The notes beneath the pieces are model-generated. The model was not told the origin of the DNA. It made no database searches and worked only from the letters and a program-made list of their open reading frames with translations. Positions 1 to 10,600 of a stretch of 64,000 bases of DNA are shown here, piece by piece; the first letter of the stretch is position 1, and every line of letters starts with the position of its first letter. Position numbers and translations under genes: made by a program. Source of the stretch: Desulfomonilia bacterium (GTDB lineage: Bacteria; Desulfobacterota; Desulfomonilia; UBA1062); contig JBEKDT010000003.1 of assembly GCA_050014195.1 (NCBI GenBank), forward strand, positions 64,001-128,000, in the 5' to 3' direction.

Positions 1-2
1 TC

Positions 3-3000
3 AAAGGCGTCCTGCACGGCGTGGAATTCCTGCGCGACGCGGCTTTATCCAAAAAACCCAAGGTGAAGGACCGCGTGCTGGTCATCGGCGGCGGCAACGT
101 GGCCGTGGACGTGGCCCGGACCGCGCTGCGCCTGGGCGCTTCGAGCGTCGAGATGGTCTGCCTCGAAGCACGGCACGAGATGCCGGCCTACGAGGAGGAA
201 ATCGAGGCCACCCTCGCGGAAAACATCAGGATCCGCAACGGCTGGGGCCCCAAACGCATCCTCGGCAACGGAAAAGTCGCCGGCATCGAGCTCAAGCGCT
301 GCACCCGGGTCTTTGACGAGATGAAACGCTTCAGCCCGGCCTTTGACGAAAACGACCTCACCACCATCGATGCCGACCAGATCATCGTGGCCATCGGACA
401 GATGGTGGACGAACAGACCGTCAGCCACATCGACGTCCAGACCGAACGCGGCTGTTTCATGGCCGACCCGGTGACCGGGCAGACGTCCGTTGAGAGCATT
501 TTTGCAGGCGGCGACAATGCATCCGGTCCTTTATCCGTGATCGAAGCAGTGGCTGCTGGCAAACGGACGGCCGAATCCATCGAGCGGTATTTGAACGGCA
601 AGGATCTGCTCGGCGGCCGGTTTGAGGAAAGCTTAAGTCCGCTCCCCCAGGAGCTCCTGCCGGAGCTCGACAAGGTCGAGAAAAAGTCCCGGCCGCGTCC
701 GGAAGAGCTGGCGCCCTCCAGCCGCCAAAGGAATTTCAACGAGGTGGAAAAAGGTCTCACCGAAGAGCAGGCACTCGCGGAGGCCGAGCGGTGCCTCAAT
801 TGCGCCCTGTGCTCGGAATGCTTCCGGTGCGTCGAAACCTGCAAGCAGAACGCAATTGACCACGCCATGAAGGAACGGACAATCACCCTCGAAGTGGGCT
901 CGGTCATCCTGACCCCGGGCTTTGACGAGTTCGATGCATCGCTTAAAGGGGAGTTCGGCTACGGCCGCTATCCCAACGTGGTCACATCCGTCCAGTATGA
1001 ACGGATGCTGTCCGCCGCCGGGCCGTTTGAAGGGCATGTCATCCGCCTGTCGGACGGACGCGAGGCCAGGCGCATCGCCTGGATCCAATGCGTGGGTTCT
1101 CGCGACAAGGCGTGCGGCAACGAATATTGCTCCTCCATCTGCTGCATGATGGCCACCAAACAGGCGCTCGTCACCGGCGACCACGTCGAAGGGCTGGACG
1201 CCACGATTTTCTACATGGACATCCGTGCCCATGGCAAGGATTTCGATCAGTATTACGAGCGCGCCCGGGCTCAGGAGAACATCCATTACATCAAGAGCAT
1301 CCCCTCGCGGATCGTCCAGTTGCCCGGCAGCAAGGACCTTCGGCTTGCTTACTTCGACGAGAACGAAGGACTTTCGCACAAGGAGTTCGACCTGGTCGTG
1401 CTGTCCGTGGGCATGGAACCGCCGCACAGCATGGCGGGGCTGGCCGCCAGCATGAACATCAAGCTCAACAAATTCGGTTTCTGCGACACCGACCGGCTCC
1501 AGCCGCTTTGCAGTTCCCGGCCCGGCGTGTTCGTGGGCGGCGCCTTCCAGGAACCCAAGGACATTCCCGAGACCGTGACCCAGGCCAGCGCCGCGGCATC
1601 CATGGCCATGGAGCTGCTCGCGCCGGCCCGCAATTCGCTGATAACGAAAAAGAGCTATCCCACTGAGCACGATGTCACCGATGAAGAACCGCGCCTCGGC
1701 GTGTTTGTCTGCCACTGCGGCATGAACATCGGGTCGGTCGTGGACGTGGAGCAGGTGGTCAAGCAAGTGGAGCATGAGCCGAATGTGGTTTTAGCGACGC
1801 ACACCATGTTCACCTGTTCCGACACGAGCCTGTCGAATATCAAGGACATGATCCATGAGCACCGGCTCAACAGAGTCGTGGTGGCCTCATGCACCCCGCG
1901 GACGCACGAGCCGCTGTTCCGCGAAACCTTACGCGAAGCGGGCCTGAACCCTTATCTGTTCGAAATGACCAACATCCGCGACCAGTGCTCCTGGGTGCAT
2001 TCGGCCGAGCCGGAATCCGCCAGCGAAAAGGCGACTGAGCTCGTGAAGATGTCCATCGCCAGGGCCCGCAGGCTCCAGCCTCTGGAAGGAGGAACGCTCA
2101 AGGTTGACCAGACCGGCATCGTCATCGGCGGGGGCTTAAGCGGTATGACCTCTGCGCTGGCGCTCGCCAACCAGGGATTCGACGTCCACTTGATCGAGCA
2201 GGCGAATCGTCTGGGCGGCACCCTGCACGATATTCACCGGACCCTCGAGCAGGAGGACATCGCCGCCTTCGCTGAGAGTCTCATCGATCAGGTCCGGAAT
2301 CATTCCCAGATCAAAACATATCTCCAGGCCGAGATATCCGGAATCAATGGTCACATCGGCAAGTTCCATGTGTCGTTCGACCAGGATGGCAAAAACCAGG
2401 AGGTCATCGGCGGCGCCATCATCGTGGCCACGGGCGCTCAGGCGGCCGAGACAGGCGAATATTTACACGGCCGGTCCGAGAAGGTCCTGACGCAGGTCGA
2501 ACTGGGGAAGCGCCTTCACGAGAAGTCTTGGCCCGCCCGGGGACAGAACATCGTCATGATCCAGTGTGTGGGCTCGCGAAACGATGAGCATCCCTACTGC
2601 AGCCGCATCTGCTGCTCCATGGCCGTCCAAAACGCGCTGGCCGTCAAAAAACTGGATCCTGAGGCCAATGTAATCGTGCTCTACCGGGACGTGAGGACCT
2701 ACGGTTTCCGAGAAATCTACTACCAGCAGGCGCGCGAGGCCGGCGTGGTCTTCATCCGCTACGCGGCTGATGCGCCGCCCCAGGTGACCGAGGAGGGCGA
2801 CCTGGTTGTCACGCTCAAGAGCCCCGACTTCCCCGAGACACTCGCGATCGAAGCCGACAATGTCGTGCTCAGCACGGGCGTGGAAGTGGACTTGAAGAAC
2901 AACAAGCGCATGTCTGACATGCTCAAGGTGCCGCTCAATGCCGACGGCTTTTATGTGGAAGCGCACATGAAGCTGCGGCCGGTGGATTTTACGACCGAGG

Positions 3001-3410
3001 GCGTTTTCCTCTGCGGCATGGCCCATTCGCCGAAGTTCATTGACGAAAACATTTCTCAGGCGCGCGCAGCAGCCGCGCGGGCGGCCACCGTGCTTTCGAA
3101 GACGCAGCTCGACGTCAGCGCCCAGGTTTCGTATGTAGACCAGCAGAAGTGCATTTCCTGCATGACCTGCGTCACCGTCTGCCCGTATTCCGCGCCCTAC
3201 TGCAACAAGGACGGCAAGGGGCAGATCGAGGCAGCCAAGTGTATGGGATGCGGCATCTGTGCGGCCGAATGTCCTGCCTGCGCCATAGAGCTGCATCATT
3301 TCGAAACCGACCAGTTTGTTGTGATGATCAAGGAACTGTTCGCCGGCAACCTCGGGGAAGACCGGGAAGACGGCGAAACCGCGGCCTGCTCGGCAACCGG
3401 TAGGAGGTAA
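3..3410 (+). CDS. HdrA/HdrL-like heterodisulfide reductase flavoprotein (GltD-like NAD(P)-binding part fused to HdrA modules), 5'-partial
   Basis: Frame is open from nt 3. VIGGGNVAVD and EAERCLNC (GltD-like), CSECFRCVETC, IQCVGSRD..YCSSICC and IQCVGSRN..YCSRICC, VFVCHCG, VASCTPRTHEPLF, IGGGLSG, two C-terminal CxxCxxCxxxCP ferredoxin motifs. Confidence 0.9.
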   Translation, partial: KGVLHGVEFLRDAALSKKPKVKDRVLVIGGGNVAVDVARTALRLGASSVEMVCLEARHEMPAYEEEIEATLAENIRIRNGWGPKRILGNGKVAGIELKRCTRVFDEMKRFSPAFDENDLTTIDADQIIVAIGQMVDEQTVSHIDVQTERGCFMADPVTGQTSVESIFAGGDNASGPLSVIEAVAAGKRTAESIERYLNGKDLLGGRFEESLSPLPQELLPELDKVEKKSRPRPEELAPSSRQRNFNEVEKGLTEEQALAEAERCLNCALCSECFRCVETCKQNAIDHAMKERTITLEVGSVILTPGFDEFDASLKGEFGYGRYPNVVTSVQYERMLSAAGPFEGHVIRLSDGREARRIAWIQCVGSRDKACGNEYCSSICCMMATKQALVTGDHVEGLDATIFYMDIRAHGKDFDQYYERARAQENIHYIKSIPSRIVQLPGSKDLRLAYFDENEGLSHKEFDLVVLSVGMEPPHSMAGLAASMNIKLNKFGFCDTDRLQPLCSSRPGVFVGGAFQEPKDIPETVTQASAAASMAMELLAPARNSLITKKSYPTEHDVTDEEPRLGVFVCHCGMNIGSVVDVEQVVKQVEHEPNVVLATHTMFTCSDTSLSNIKDMIHEHRLNRVVVASCTPRTHEPLFRETLREAGLNPYLFEMTNIRDQCSWVHSAEPESASEKATELVKMSIARARRLQPLEGGTLKVDQTGIVIGGGLSGMTSALALANQGFDVHLIEQANRLGGTLHDIHRTLEQEDIAAFAESLIDQVRNHSQIKTYLQAEISGINGHIGKFHVSFDQDGKNQEVIGGAIIVATGAQAAETGEYLHGRSEKVLTQVELGKRLHEKSWPARGQNIVMIQCVGSRNDEHPYCSRICCSMAVQNALAVKKLDPEANVIVLYRDVRTYGFREIYYQQAREAGVVFIRYAADAPPQVTEEGDLVVTLKSPDFPETLAIEADNVVLSTGVEVDLKNNKRMSDMLKVPLNADGFYVEAHMKLRPVDFTTEGVFLCGMAHSPKFIDENISQARAAAARAATVLSKTQLDVSAQVSYVDQQKCISCMTCVTVCPYSAPYCNKDGKGQIEAAKCMGCGICAAECPACAIELHHFETDQFVVMIKELFAGNLGEDREDGETAACSATGRR

Positions 3411-3421
3411 AAGTCAAGTCC

Positions 3422-3868
3422 ATGAAATCCGACGTATTTGAACCCAAGATCGTGGCCTTTTGCTGCCACTACTGCGCCTATGCCTCAGCCGATCTGGCGG
3501 GGACCATGCGCATCCAGTACCCGCCCAACGTGCTCATCATCCGCACCCCCTGCACGGGCCGGCTGGAAACCGAATACTTCATGAAGGCATTTGAAAACGG
3601 TGCGGACGGCGTGTTGGTGGCAGGCTGTCTCGAAGGGGGCTGTCATTTTCTCGAAGGCAACCTCTGCGCCAAACGCCGGGTCAACTACATCCGGGACATG
3701 CTCGAGGAGATCGGCATGGAAAAGGAACGCCTCCGCATGGTCAACATTTCCGCCGCCATGGCGCGGCCACTGGCGGACACCATCATCGACATGGTGGAAA
3801 CGGTCCGCAAACTGGGCCCCAGCCCGCTGAGATCGGGCGCCAAATTAAAACAGGAGTGTCGCTCATGA
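3422..3868 (+). CDS. mvhD: MvhD/FlpD-type [2Fe-2S] hydrogenase iron-sulfur subunit
   Basis: FEPKIVAFCCHYCAYASADLAG, PCTGR, GADGVLVAGCLEGGCHF; directly after hdrA. Confidence 0.92.
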   Translation: MKSDVFEPKIVAFCCHYCAYASADLAGTMRIQYPPNVLIIRTPCTGRLETEYFMKAFENGADGVLVAGCLEGGCHFLEGNLCAKRRVNYIRDMLEEIGMEKERLRMVNISAAMARPLADTIIDMVETVRKLGPSPLRSGAKLKQECRS

Positions 3869-4533
3869 TCGTCGCACAAAGAAAAAGCATTCCCGAACTG
3901 CTCACAATCGTGGAAAAACACCGCAACGTGCTCGTGCTCGGCTGCGGCACCTGCGTCACCGTCTGCCTCGCCGGCGGCCAGCGCGAAGTCAGCATCATTG
4001 CCTCAGCGCTACGCATGGCGGCCAGAGTGAAAGACGTAGCCCTGGACGTCGAGGAGCTCACCATAGAACGCCAGTGCGACAACGTTTTCCTCGAGCAGGC
4101 CGCCGAGGCGGCCAGGCAGGCTGACGCCGTGCTGTCGCTGGGCTGCGGAGCCGGCGTGCAGGCGCTGGCCGAACGTTTTGTGGACAAACCGGTTTACGCG
4201 GGCCTCGACACCGCATTCATCGGCATTCTGGAAGAACGGGGCATCTGGACGGAAAAATGCGCGGCCTGCGGCTCGTGTGTGCTCCATCTCTACGGCGGTA
4301 TCTGCCCGGTCACCCGCTGCGCGAAGCACATGTTGAACGGCCCGTGCAGCGGCTCGCGTGAAGACCGGTGCGAAGTCGACCCCAGCCTTCCGTGCGCCTG
4401 GCAGCTCATTTACAAACGGCTCAAAGATATTGGGCAGCTGGACCGGTTGAAGGAGATCAGGCAGCCCAAGAACTGGCGTCCAAGCCTGTCCGGCGGCTGC
4501 CGTACCATCATCCGCGAAGACCACCGGGTGTGA
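3865..4533 (+). CDS. metV: MetV, methylenetetrahydrofolate reductase small (Cys-rich) subunit
   Basis: GCGTCVTVC, ERQCD, GCGAGVQ, CAACGSC, CPVTRCAKHMLNGPCSG, PCAW; ATGA overlap with the mvhD stop. Confidence 0.85.
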   Translation: MIVAQRKSIPELLTIVEKHRNVLVLGCGTCVTVCLAGGQREVSIIASALRMAARVKDVALDVEELTIERQCDNVFLEQAAEAARQADAVLSLGCGAGVQALAERFVDKPVYAGLDTAFIGILEERGIWTEKCAACGSCVLHLYGGICPVTRCAKHMLNGPCSGSREDRCEVDPSLPCAWQLIYKRLKDIGQLDRLKEIRQPKNWRPSLSGGCRTIIREDHRV

Positions 4534-4589
4534 CTCGAAAAATATAAGTTCTTTGTTTAACAACTATGTATTGAGAGGAGGGGATATAT

Positions 4590-4994
4590 ATGGTGACAGC
4601 AACACCCCAAGACCTTACTAACATGGCAAAGTGTCTTAATGGATTCGATATAGTTAATTTTGAAAAGCATGATCAGTGCGGATATAAAATTATTTCAAGA
4701 CATAATCTGGGTCTCTTAGCTTTAAAGGGTCTTTTAGAAAAATGCTACCCTGTTAAAAACCTTGAATATGTCGCAGAAAATAATATGCTTGATCGCTTGT
4801 TTTATTCATTTGATTTAAAAACAGATACACATCAGTTTGTCATCAATTCAAAAGTTCATAAACAATTACTTAATGATAAAAATAATGAAATGAGAGATGC
4901 TGCACTTTCTCTCCTTAATGCAATTGAAGAACTACATTTAAAAGATGAAAACGCAAAAGCACGAGATGAATATGTTAAACTTGTTAATAATTAA
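4590..4994 (+). CDS. hypothetical protein, AT-rich orphan
   Basis: 134-aa ORF with GAGGAG RBS; roughly 25-35% GC in sampled lines; no recognised motif. Confidence 0.6.
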   Translation: MVTATPQDLTNMAKCLNGFDIVNFEKHDQCGYKIISRHNLGLLALKGLLEKCYPVKNLEYVAENNMLDRLFYSFDLKTDTHQFVINSKVHKQLLNDKNNEMRDAALSLLNAIEELHLKDENAKARDEYVKLVNN

Positions 4995-5018
4995 AATTGC
5001 ATAACGTCAAATAGAGTC

Positions 5019-5141
5019 ATGGAAGAGCCTAGAAAGCTCATCAAAGAATCTATCGGGCTTACTCAATGGCTAAGCACAAATCTTGATGGCCTTAGCATAA
5101 AATCAGATGTACGCCCTCGTATTGCTGTCTCAAGTCTGTGA
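5019..5141 (+). pseudogene. probable truncated gene fragment (40 aa, MEEPRKLIKESIGLTQWLSTNLDGLSIKSDVRPRIAVSSL)
   Basis: ATG at 5019; the frame runs into the 3' end of the convergent MCP. From memory it resembles N-termini of DUF6988/DUF5677-like proteins (unverified). Confidence 0.35.
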
Positions 5142-6782
5142 TGTCTTAAACTTCTGCACATCCTCTGCAAGAGTTGTCGCCATAGAACGCAGGTTATCCA
5201 TAGTGCTGGCCAATTCTTCCACCGTAGTAGCGTTATTCTGGGTGGAATGGTCTATTTGAGATATTGCCCGGCTCAGCTCTCCAATATTCTGCGTCTGCTC
5301 CATACTTGATGTGCTGATTGTCTCCATCATCCGGAAGAAGAATTCCATACGACTCATGAGCTCTTCTAAAGAAGATGATGTCTTGTTCATCATCTCATCA
5401 CCGTTTTTGATCCTACTTACCGTGCCATCAATTAATGCCTTAATCTCGCTCGCCGCTCCAGCCGAACGCTGGGCCAGTGATCTTACCTCTCCAGCCACCA
5501 CTGCGAATCCTTTGCCGTGCTCACCGGCTCTTGCCGCCTCTACAGAAGCATTCAGGGCCAGCAGGTTCGTGTGGAAGGCCACCTCATTCACGGTGAGAAC
5601 AATGTCCCCGATCTTTCTTGAGTCGAGAGATATCCCTTGTATGGCCTTCATGAGCTCGGCAAACACCTGCTTGCTTTGATCAATGAGCTTGGTTATTGCG
5701 GATGATGCATCTTGGCCTTCATTGATCAAATTAGCATTATTCTGGATTGTTGAGTTCATCTCTTCGATGGATGCTGAGATTTCCTCTACATTCGCCGCCT
5801 GGTCTTGAGTTGCCTGAGAAAGTCCCCGGGAACCCGAACTTACATCTTCAATAGCCTGATGAAGTTCAAGGGAAGTGTCTCTCACATGACCTACAACCTG
5901 CTCAATATCTCCCATGAATTCATTGAACCAGAAAGAGAGCTCTCCCACCTCATTTAATCCGTTCACTTCGAGTCTTTTGGTGAGATCGCCCTGACCCTTT
6001 GCCATGTCCTGGAACATTACGGACATCCTGCCAACTGAAATCGAGAGGTTTTTCATGAGTAGAATCCCGCAAACGAATGAAAGGATTATGGTCTCAAACA
6101 AGATTACATAAAACCCCATCTGAAGGGATGCGATATTGAGCCCTGTAGCCATGGACAGGTAGAGAAGGCCGAGGATAAGCCCCAGGGGAGGAATGGCGAT
6201 GAGGAGGATCGTGATAAGGTTCTTCTGACTGAGACTCAGTCGGAAAAACCTCATATTACTGTCAAGCACCCCCTTCAGGTTGCTTTTCATATAAAAGGGG
6301 GTGAGACTATTTTCTGAGGCAAGATAAATAATCGGGATTGCCAAAAGGCCTATCATGGCAACGGAATTAACCCCGAACAAGAACTCAGGCAACCGTATAT
6401 ACCCTTTAAGATAAATCGGCAATGTTGCCATGAGATTCCCGAACAGGGCAAACCTTAAGAATATCACGATTGACTCTACAAGGGGCAGTAACGAGGCTGA
6501 ACGTACTGCACGATAAATCTCAGCAGGTGTATATGAGTCTTTCTCCATGACCTCAATGGCAGGGCGAATAAGAATATATTTAGTCATTGTGCCTAATATA
6601 AGGCCGAAATTTGCAGCAACTGATGCCCCCATGATAACAGGTAGGAAATTCTTCATGACCGATTCGGATATGTACCTGAAGAAAAACACCACGATAGGCA
6701 TGAGGATAGCAACGGTTACTGTCTCTTGGAAAAGTAAGGGTCTTAAAAATAGAACTTTTGTACTTTCTTTCATCAACGCCAC
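5130..6782 (-). CDS. methyl-accepting chemotaxis protein (multi-TM, HAMP, MA domain)
   Basis: GDLTKRL..NEVGEL HAMP; AFHTNLLALNASVEAARAGEHGKGFAVVAGEVRSLAQRS signalling hairpin. Confidence 0.95.
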   Translation of the reverse strand: MALMKESTKVLFLRPLLFQETVTVAILMPIVVFFFRYISESVMKNFLPVIMGASVAANFGLILGTMTKYILIRPAIEVMEKDSYTPAEIYRAVRSASLLPLVESIVIFLRFALFGNLMATLPIYLKGYIRLPEFLFGVNSVAMIGLLAIPIIYLASENSLTPFYMKSNLKGVLDSNMRFFRLSLSQKNLITILLIAIPPLGLILGLLYLSMATGLNIASLQMGFYVILFETIILSFVCGILLMKNLSISVGRMSVMFQDMAKGQGDLTKRLEVNGLNEVGELSFWFNEFMGDIEQVVGHVRDTSLELHQAIEDVSSGSRGLSQATQDQAANVEEISASIEEMNSTIQNNANLINEGQDASSAITKLIDQSKQVFAELMKAIQGISLDSRKIGDIVLTVNEVAFHTNLLALNASVEAARAGEHGKGFAVVAGEVRSLAQRSAGAASEIKALIDGTVSRIKNGDEMMNKTSSSLEELMSRMEFFFRMMETISTSSMEQTQNIGELSRAISQIDHSTQNNATTVEELASTMDNLRSMATTLAEDVQKFKTSQT

Positions 6783-7005
6783 CTACCCTATTTATTTTTG
6801 CAAGTGCATGGAAATATCAATGTAGCTTCCTTTTGTTATCGGAAGTTCTTTTTTCATTCTTTATTCCATTCGGGTATCATGTGCCGGTTGTTACACTCTG
6901 AAAAGATGACCCTCAACAAACCTTGATGATTAAACGTAATCGTTGACTTTAAAGGTTAAGGCCTTATTCATTGTTTCCTTAAGACCGAATATGCAGGAGG
7001 GTCAT

Positions 7006-7515
7006 ATGAAAAAGATAGCTCTGCTGGTGGAAAATATGTATGAGGATCTGGAACTGCATTACCCTTTCCTGAGGTTGAAAGAAGCCAGGTTTCAGGTCGA
7101 TCTGGTCGGGTCGGATAAAGGGGTTGAGTATACCAGCAAACATGGTTATCCCATAGTCAGTGATCTTGCCTCACAGCAGGTGAATGCCAAAGACTATGTC
7201 GCGGTAGTGATCCCGGGTGGATACTCTCCGGATATGATGAGAAGGTGCAAGGCAACTATGGACTTTGTGCATGAGATGGACGGGCAGGGCAAGATCATCG
7301 CTGCCATCTGCCACGGACCCTGGATCATGGCAAGCGCCTGCAACCTCAAGGGCAAGACCGTAACCTCCTTTTTTTCCATCAAAGACGACCTAGTCAATGC
7401 AGGAGCCACGTGGGTGGACAAAGAAGTCGTGGTCTCGGATAACCTGATCACCTCTCGCACACCTCAGGACCTTGTCGCCTTCACCTCAGCCATCATCAAC
7501 GCACTGCGCGGATAG
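7006..7515 (+). CDS. PfpI/DJ-1 family protein (type 1 glutamine amidotransferase-like)
   Basis: YEDLEL, VIPGG, AAICHGPW, LITSRTPQDL; start moved to ATG 7006 after AGGAGG. Confidence 0.92.
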   Translation: MKKIALLVENMYEDLELHYPFLRLKEARFQVDLVGSDKGVEYTSKHGYPIVSDLASQQVNAKDYVAVVIPGGYSPDMMRRCKATMDFVHEMDGQGKIIAAICHGPWIMASACNLKGKTVTSFFSIKDDLVNAGATWVDKEVVVSDNLITSRTPQDLVAFTSAIINALRG

Positions 7516-7615
7516 AAGAAAGACGTCTATGGGCAGGATCTCCTAAACAAATTAAATACCTTCTCCAACTTCCCAAGTCATTATTCACTTCTTCCTGATC
7601 ACTTCGCCACACCCT

Positions 7616-10600
7616 TTAGGATGGCAGTGCCTCTCCCTCAGTCGCCCTCTGGCTTGCCGCTTGCTTGGCATGGTCAGTAGCCATTAACATATACACGGCA
7701 GGAACAACAAACAGCGTGAACAGGGTGCCGATGGCGATGCCGGATGTGATCACCAGGCCCATGTTGTATCGGCCAGCTGCGCCTGCGCCGGATGCAAAAA
7801 CCAGCGGCATGATGCCCAGCACCATGGCTCCGGTGGTCATGAGGATGGGCCTCAGCCTGATGGCCGAGGCCATCTCGATGGCATCACGCTTGCTTTTGCC
7901 TTCGCGCTGAAGATCATTGGCGAACTGAACGATGAGGATGCCGTGCTTGCTGATGAGGCCTATAAGTGTCACCAGGCCCACCTCGGTATAGATGTTCAGG
8001 CTTGCCTGCCCTATCCCGAGGCTGATGAAGATGAGCGCCCCGCAGATGGACATGGGCACACTGATAAGCACGATGACAGGATCACGGAAACTTTCAAACA
8101 GGGCGGACAGTGCAAGGAAAATGATGACCAAGGCAAAGAAGAATGTGAGCAGCAGTGCGCTCGACTCCTGCATGTACTGTCTGGACTGCCCTGCATAATC
8201 AATGCTGTAGCCCTTAGGGAGCACACTCCCCGCAATCGTCTTGAGTGTATCCAATGCCTGGCCCATGGTTATACCCGGGGATGTCACTGCCGATATGGTG
8301 GCGGCATTGAGCTGTTCAAAGTGGTTGAGCGACTCAGGCACGACTTCTGTTTTGAGGCTCGCAACGGTGGAAATCGGTATCGACGCCCCGCTTGATGTAT
8401 TGATATAATAATCTTTCAATTGATCGGCATTCAGCCGGTAGCGCTGCATCACCTGCGGAATCACCTTATACGAGCGTCCGTACAGGCTGAAGTAGTTGAC
8501 ATAGTTTCCGCCAAGCATCCATCCAAGGGCGCTCCCTACATCACGCATGGTCAGGCCAAGCTGTGAGGCCTTGTCGCTGTCGATCTCCACCACGGTCTGC
8601 GGTTTGTCGATCTTGAGGTCGGTGTCCACGAACACGAACATGCCGCTCGCCCGGGCCTTTGCCATCAGAGCCTGTGAAACCTCGTTCAGCCTGTCAAAAG
8701 GTTCGGTAGTGCCTATCACAAATTGCACAGGCAGGCCCCTGGACCCGGGAAGCGGCGGCGGCTGGAACCCCACCACCTGAACCCCTGCGATTTCTCCCAG
8801 CCGCTTCTGAACCACAGGTTGCAGCTGCACCGCTGTCCGGGTGCGTTCATCCCATGGTTTGAATACCATGCCGGCAAAAGCGGTGTTCAAACCCGTGGCC
8901 CCGTCAAATTGAAACACATGTTCGGTCTCAGGGAATGATTTGACGATCTTGTATACCTGCACTGAATTGACTCCCGTCTGTTCCAGTGTGGCATCAGGGG
9001 CCCCTGTTGCCAGTGTAATGATGATGCCCTGGTCTTCCTGGGGCGCAAGTTCGCTCTTGGAGCTGATGAACAGGAAATAATTGCTGCAGAGGATTATCGC
9101 GGCGAATACCCCTACAACGCCCAGGGAGTTGAGCGCCCTGTGCAACAACCACGCATAGATGGAACGCACCAGTTTGAACTGGCCGTCAATGAAGTCGGTG
9201 AAGCGGTTCAACACGCCCACTCGCGATTCTGTAAGAAAGCGGGAGCACATCATGGGCGACAGGGTGAGCGCGATGATGGCCGATACGAACACAGAGCCTG
9301 CCAGGGTGTAGGCGAACTCGGTGAACAGTGCCCCGGTGAGGCCCCCCATGAAGCCGATGGGAATATATACGGCAACCAGCACGACGGTCATGGCGATGAT
9401 GGGGCCGCCTAACTCCCGGGCACCCAGTATGGCTGCCTGCATGAGCTCTACGCCTTCCTCCCTGTGGCGATGTACGTTCTCCACCACGATGATGGCGTCA
9501 TCCACTACCAGGCCGATGGCGAGCACCAGTGCGAGCAGTGTCAGCAGATTGATGGTGTAGCCCAGCACGAGCATGATGAAGAACGCTCCGACCAGAGAGA
9601 GAGGCATTGCTATGACAGGGATGATCACCGATTTGATCGATCCCAGCGATAAGAAGATCACGACAGTCACGATCAGCAATGCAGCAATGATGGTACGGAT
9701 TACCTCGTTGATGGAGCTGTTCACATACTTGGTCGAATCGTAAACAATGCGTCCGTTCAGTCCTTCAGGGAGTTGCTGTTCAATTTCGGGAAAAACCTTG
9801 TGCACGTCATTAATAACCGTGAGCAGGTTTGCATTCGGCGCTACCTTTATGCCGATGAACACAGCGCTTGCATTGTCGAATCTTACTGCAGTGTCATAGT
9901 TCTCGGCCCCCAGTGTGACGGTTGCAACGTCGCCCAAACGGACAATGGCATCGTTCATTGACTTGACCACGAGGTTTTTGAACTCATCGACCGAGTGCAG
10001 TCCTGTGGCCGCGGTGAGGTCGACAGTTACCATCTGTCCCTTTGTCCGTCCTACGGCCGATATAAAGTCGTTGTTGGCCAGGGCGGTGCTCACGTCAGTG
10101 GCGGTTACCCCAAAGGCCGACATCTTATCAGGATCGAGCCATGCCCGCAGGGCAAACTGCTTTGCACCAAGCACCTCCGCCGTCTGCACTCCGTCCACGG
10201 TCTGCAGCTTCGGCTGCACCACCCTTATCAGGTAATCGGTTATCTTGTTCGTAGGCAGCACCTTGCTGTAGAAGCCTATGTACATCGAGTCGATGGTCTC
10301 CCCGATGGCCACGCTGATCACCGGTTGCTGTGCGTCTTTCGGCAGCTGATTGATCACGGCGTTTACCTTGGCGTTGATCTCGGTCATGGCCTTGCTCGAG
10401 TCATAGTTCAGACGCAGATTTGCCTGGATGGTGCTCTGGCTGAGTGTGCTGCTTGAGGTGAGATAATCGATGCCCTGGGCCTGGGCAATTGAATTTTCCA
10501 GGGGAGTGGTTATGAATCCCGACACGAGTTCCGGGTCTGCACCGAAATAGGTAGTAGAAACGGTCACCACGGCATTCTGGGTTGCCGGATACTGTCGTAC

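Noticed and set aside
3-3868. Selenocysteine recoding in HdrA/MvhD
   Set aside because: Both frames are open with Cys codons at the conserved sites; no in-frame TGA.
4540-5130. Intact integron cassettes
   Set aside because: Only R''-like heptamers are seen; no paired attC hairpin and no integrase.
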